DNA of 64,000 bases from contig OZ320314.1 of the NCBI GenBank assembly GCA_976226885.1, forward strand, positions 47,058,001-47,122,000. Reading direction: 5' to 3'. Position 1 is the stretch's first letter. Every line of letters starts with the position of its first letter. The notes under the pieces were generated by a model. The model worked only from the letters and a program-made list of their open reading frames with translations, had not been told where the DNA came from and made no database searches. The translations under genes and the position numbers were made by a program. The DNA comes from Iphione sp. A-MEVVRFRX5 (Eukaryota). Positions 60,713 to 64,000 of the stretch are shown here, piece by piece.

Positions 60713-62189
60713 CTTCAATTAAGAAGAACACCTTTCTTTAGACAACTTAAAAAATGAGAGATTACATTAATTCAGACATTTGCATGGTTTCTGTTGAGGT
60801 GGAGAGATCCAAAACAAAGATGCACTTATACTGTGCACACATGCTATCCTAAACAGGGTAATATTCAATTTGCCTCAGACAACATCAGTCACACATGCAC
60901 ACAGCCACACTCAGCCACTTTACATAGTAAAAGTTGTAATGCAGGAGTTGCGAGTGCGAGCGGCTATACGGGAGTGATATCATAATTCTCCAAGGTAGCG
61001 TCAGGGACCAGCAGCGTCTTGGACAACCAGCGTCTCGTTACCCGGCCAACCCCACTTGCAGGCCGTGGCAACTTTGGAAGCAAACCTCGCCGAAAAATTC
61101 TAATGCCTGCCAGCAAAGGTCAAATTAGTCCGTGAATGCCCAAATCTAGCCATATATATGAAAAGAGATGCCAAATAAGTTAAACGACACTTTCTTCCCA
61201 AGCACCACGGAAGCCTCGAAGTGGCACCTCGGCCCAGCATCCCTCACAATCAAACCAATCATGCCACGGAGAGGACGCGTAAGTGTTTGTCTCACATCCC
61301 TATCGTTCGCCTTGGTTACCACTGTAATTTCCCATGAGGTTATGACACCTGTAGCATCTTATCCAACTTGAGATGCTCGTTGCACGTTTCAAATTAAGCT
61401 GTATGCTCTCTTTAACAACCAAAAAAGTAAAACACCAAAACTTTACACGCGCTTAAAATGTTTCAGCAGTTTATCCGCCAAAAGGTAACTCTGGCTTCAA
61501 TTTTCTTTCATTTATAATGCAGTTTGCACAGAAACGAGCAGCGGAAGCGCCTGGAGTGGGGGGTAAGTTGCCTTGACTTCTTTTACAGCTGCACTCGGCT
61601 CTGGGAAGTATAGGGCTTTTATATAATAGGGCTTGTAACTGAAAATCTTACAGTAACTTCTTTGGAACTGCCATAGAATTTAGAGCAAATACAACATTGC
61701 AGATGTGACCATTAAGCCTGATAATTGCTGCATGTGCTGAGTGCCGGTGCTTATCGCAGAAAAAAGATGGCGGCCGATAGCATCACTCGCGCCTGCCCTG
61801 GTTGCTGCAGTCGGTCGCACGACATGCGGGGCCGCACGTAGGCACTTTTTTGGATGCCTGCAGAATTGGTTTGCCTAAAGAATCAGTCTAGCACTAAAAT
61901 TGGTTTGTGGCGAACTGCGGGGTGGTGGATTCTTCCTTATTGCTACTAGCGCCGTTGCTGGCGGGTAGAGGTGCGAGTTTTGGACGCAGGCAACGGGGGG
62001 AATCCCCGCGTCTCCCTGCGAAGCATGTGAGCAATCACGCCACTCTTATCACTACACTGCACGCACGACTATTGCTCAATGGGATGTAGGCGGCAATCAC
62101 CGGGCCTAAATGAAGTGTGAAAGTGGCACTCGTATGGCATGATTAAATTGGGTACTATGTTTATGCATGTAATTTATTTTTCTTTGCAG

Positions 62190-62309
62190 AGCCTCCGAGC
62201 AAGCGACGGCGAGTGGGCTCGCCGTCGCCGCTCGGGGCCCCCCCGGTCCAGGTGGTGAGGCGTCCTCCGCCGCCGCCGCCGCCGCCAGCACCACCTGCCG
62301 CCGGTGGCC
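62190..62309 (+). CDS. Putative 120-bp exon of an unidentified, probably TE-borne gene
   Basis: Strong acceptor ttttctttgcag and donor gtgagt; phase-1 reading gives PPSKRRRVGSPSP...PPPPPPPAPP (NLS-like). The phase-2 frame is also open. Confidence 0.5.
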
Positions 62310-62597
62310 GTGAGTACATACTATTGCGCGTTATTTACTGGTAGCTGCATTGGGGTGGGGGGAGGTGAGTGGCAATTGCACCGTGCAGTCAGCTGTCTAC
62401 AAGCACTATTTCCGGTGATGTGCGCTTCCCTTTCTGTATGCACATGTCGGCAGGGCGAAATGCAACTACATGAGGGTTGATTTGTGATACGGTCGTTGTA
62501 CTTTGCATAATTAATATAAACTTAAATAGATTGATGGACGTATACGAGGCGGGCGGGTTGTGCAAAAATTATTAGAACAGTTTTACCGCTCGATGTG

Positions 62598-62812
62598 NNN
62601 NNNNNNNNNNNNNNNNNNNNNNNNNNNNNNNNNNNNNNNNNNNNNNNNNNNNNNNNNNNNNNNNNNNNNNNNNNNNNNNNNNNNNNNNNNNNNNNNNNNN
62701 NNNNNNNNNNNNNNNNNNNNNNNNNNNNNNNNNNNNNNNNNNNNNNNNNNNNNNNNNNNNNNNNNNNNNNNNNNNNNNNNNNNNNNNNNNNNNNNNNNNN
62801 NNNNNNNNNNNN
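62598..62812. other. Assembly gap (N run)
   Basis: N characters; both flanks carry tcgatgt. Confidence 1.
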
Positions 62813-62928
62813 TCGATGTCTGCTTATCTCTCCCTCTTTACTGGCTGACTGTCTGCCTGTCTGTAGGTCTGTCTGACTGTCCGTCCTGAGTTAGTGTCTC
62901 TCTCTCCAATGTCCCTACAGTCTGTGTG

Positions 62929-64000
62929 GCCAAACCCCCTCTTGGCCTCTCTAGGGAAGGCAGTGGTTTGGACCAGACCTCCCCGAAGCTGGACTGTACG
63001 CATGCTTTCACTGATGTGTTTCTTTTCTTTTTTTACATGGAATTTTTTTTTTTTACAGGGCCAGCTAGTCCAATGGAGGTGGACTAGCTGGCTGGTCTGC
63101 CAGTTGCGGCGGCGGCGCCGCCCCCCCCCCGGGACCCGTCTCATTGGCGGGCCCCCCTAATGGGGGCCAGGGAAATATGATTGCGGGAGAATGGGGGGGG
63201 TTTGTTTTGTTTTGTTCTTTTTTATTTTGTAAATACGTTGGGTTCTTAAACCCCCCAGAAGTTGCCATGGTCTTATAAAAAAAGAGATTTATGTATATTG
63301 TCAGAATGGGTATATGTATATTGGGGACAGGGGGGCCATTAGGTAGGATTGGTCAGTCCCCATTAGCTACGGGCGCCCAGGGGTCTCCGCCCGCCCAAAC
63401 TACTAGCCGCGGCCGATGGCAAAGCCAACTGGACACCAGCACGACGCCAGGCATCAACTGAGCGGTCGGAGATGACGGAACGGGACACCGTCGCACACCA
63501 CAGACAGGACCCAAGCGGCAACTGAGGGCGAAACCCAGGCGATTGGCACCAGGCCATGCATGGACACCCAGGCAGGCACTATTTCTTTATGTCCTTATGT
63601 CAAAAAGGGTTTGCCTTGACACCATGGACGACACCATTGCTTGGTCGTGACCGTCCAATTTGCACTTCCAAAAGAATTGGCCGGATTAAATTCGTTTAAA
63701 TAAAACTGACTCGGATGGTCCCTTCTGTCCCGATATAGCCGTCTGTGCACCACCTATAAATGCGCGCACACTAGTGGTGTGGTCTGCGTTTAGCCTTGTA
63801 CATATGTATGTTTGTATGCATGCAGTCTACAGCGTGACACTCTTCTTTTTTGAACACACAGGCGTGTAGGTACCTCCTCTGCACACACCCCACATGGACC
63901 CGATGTTCCCATACCCCACACTGCTACTGACTGCGCGGAGGATGAGCCGGGAGACAGCCACTGGGACGACCAAGCACCAAGGATGCCTGCTGCATATGGA
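62929..64000 (+). pseudogene. Further putative exons of a decayed plus-strand gene, continuing out of the window
   Basis: Acceptors ccctacag, poly-T-acag (about 63058) and cacacag (about 63860) precede GC-rich frames such as CVAKPPLGLSREG, PASPMEVD*LAGLP and PHTATDCAEDEPGDSHWDDQAPR. No family recognised. Confidence 0.35.

Noticed and set aside
62090-62130. Candidate Harbinger right TIR (cgggcc|taa, or agtgtgaaagtggcac)
   Set aside because: No matching inverted copy was found left of the transposase.

Overview
This is metazoan genomic DNA, probably from an invertebrate: GT-AG introns, microsatellites, many TE relics and two N gaps. Most entries in the ORF track are noise; the real genes had to be assembled by hand from splice sites. 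There are three minus-strand host membrane-protein genes: (1) an uncharacterised single-pass protein with a signal peptide that runs off the left edge (1201 to <1, absent from the ORF track); (2) an 8-coding-exon tetraspanin (25392-18914, about 291 aa); (3) an SLC46/PCFT-family MFS transporter (46588 to about 38130, at least 521 aa), whose intron 3 holds three decayed tandem copies of exon 3. The right quarter is a GC-rich TE block. It has an intron-containing piggyBac relic, a young tRNA-derived SINE, and a PIF/Harbinger transposon whose two genes are interleaved on opposite strands. The MADF/BESS-like accessory gene ends inside transposase intron 1, while transposase exon 2 and most of exon 3 sit inside an accessory-gene intron; every junction found is phase-compatible. 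Exons of a further decayed plus-strand gene follow. Elsewhere there are a 4-copy MITE family with internal tandem repeats, a CACTA-like and a Tc1/pogo-like non-autonomous element, SINEs and LINE fragments. All family assignments come from motif recognition, not database searches. I did not find the Harbinger termini or the 5' exon of its accessory gene.
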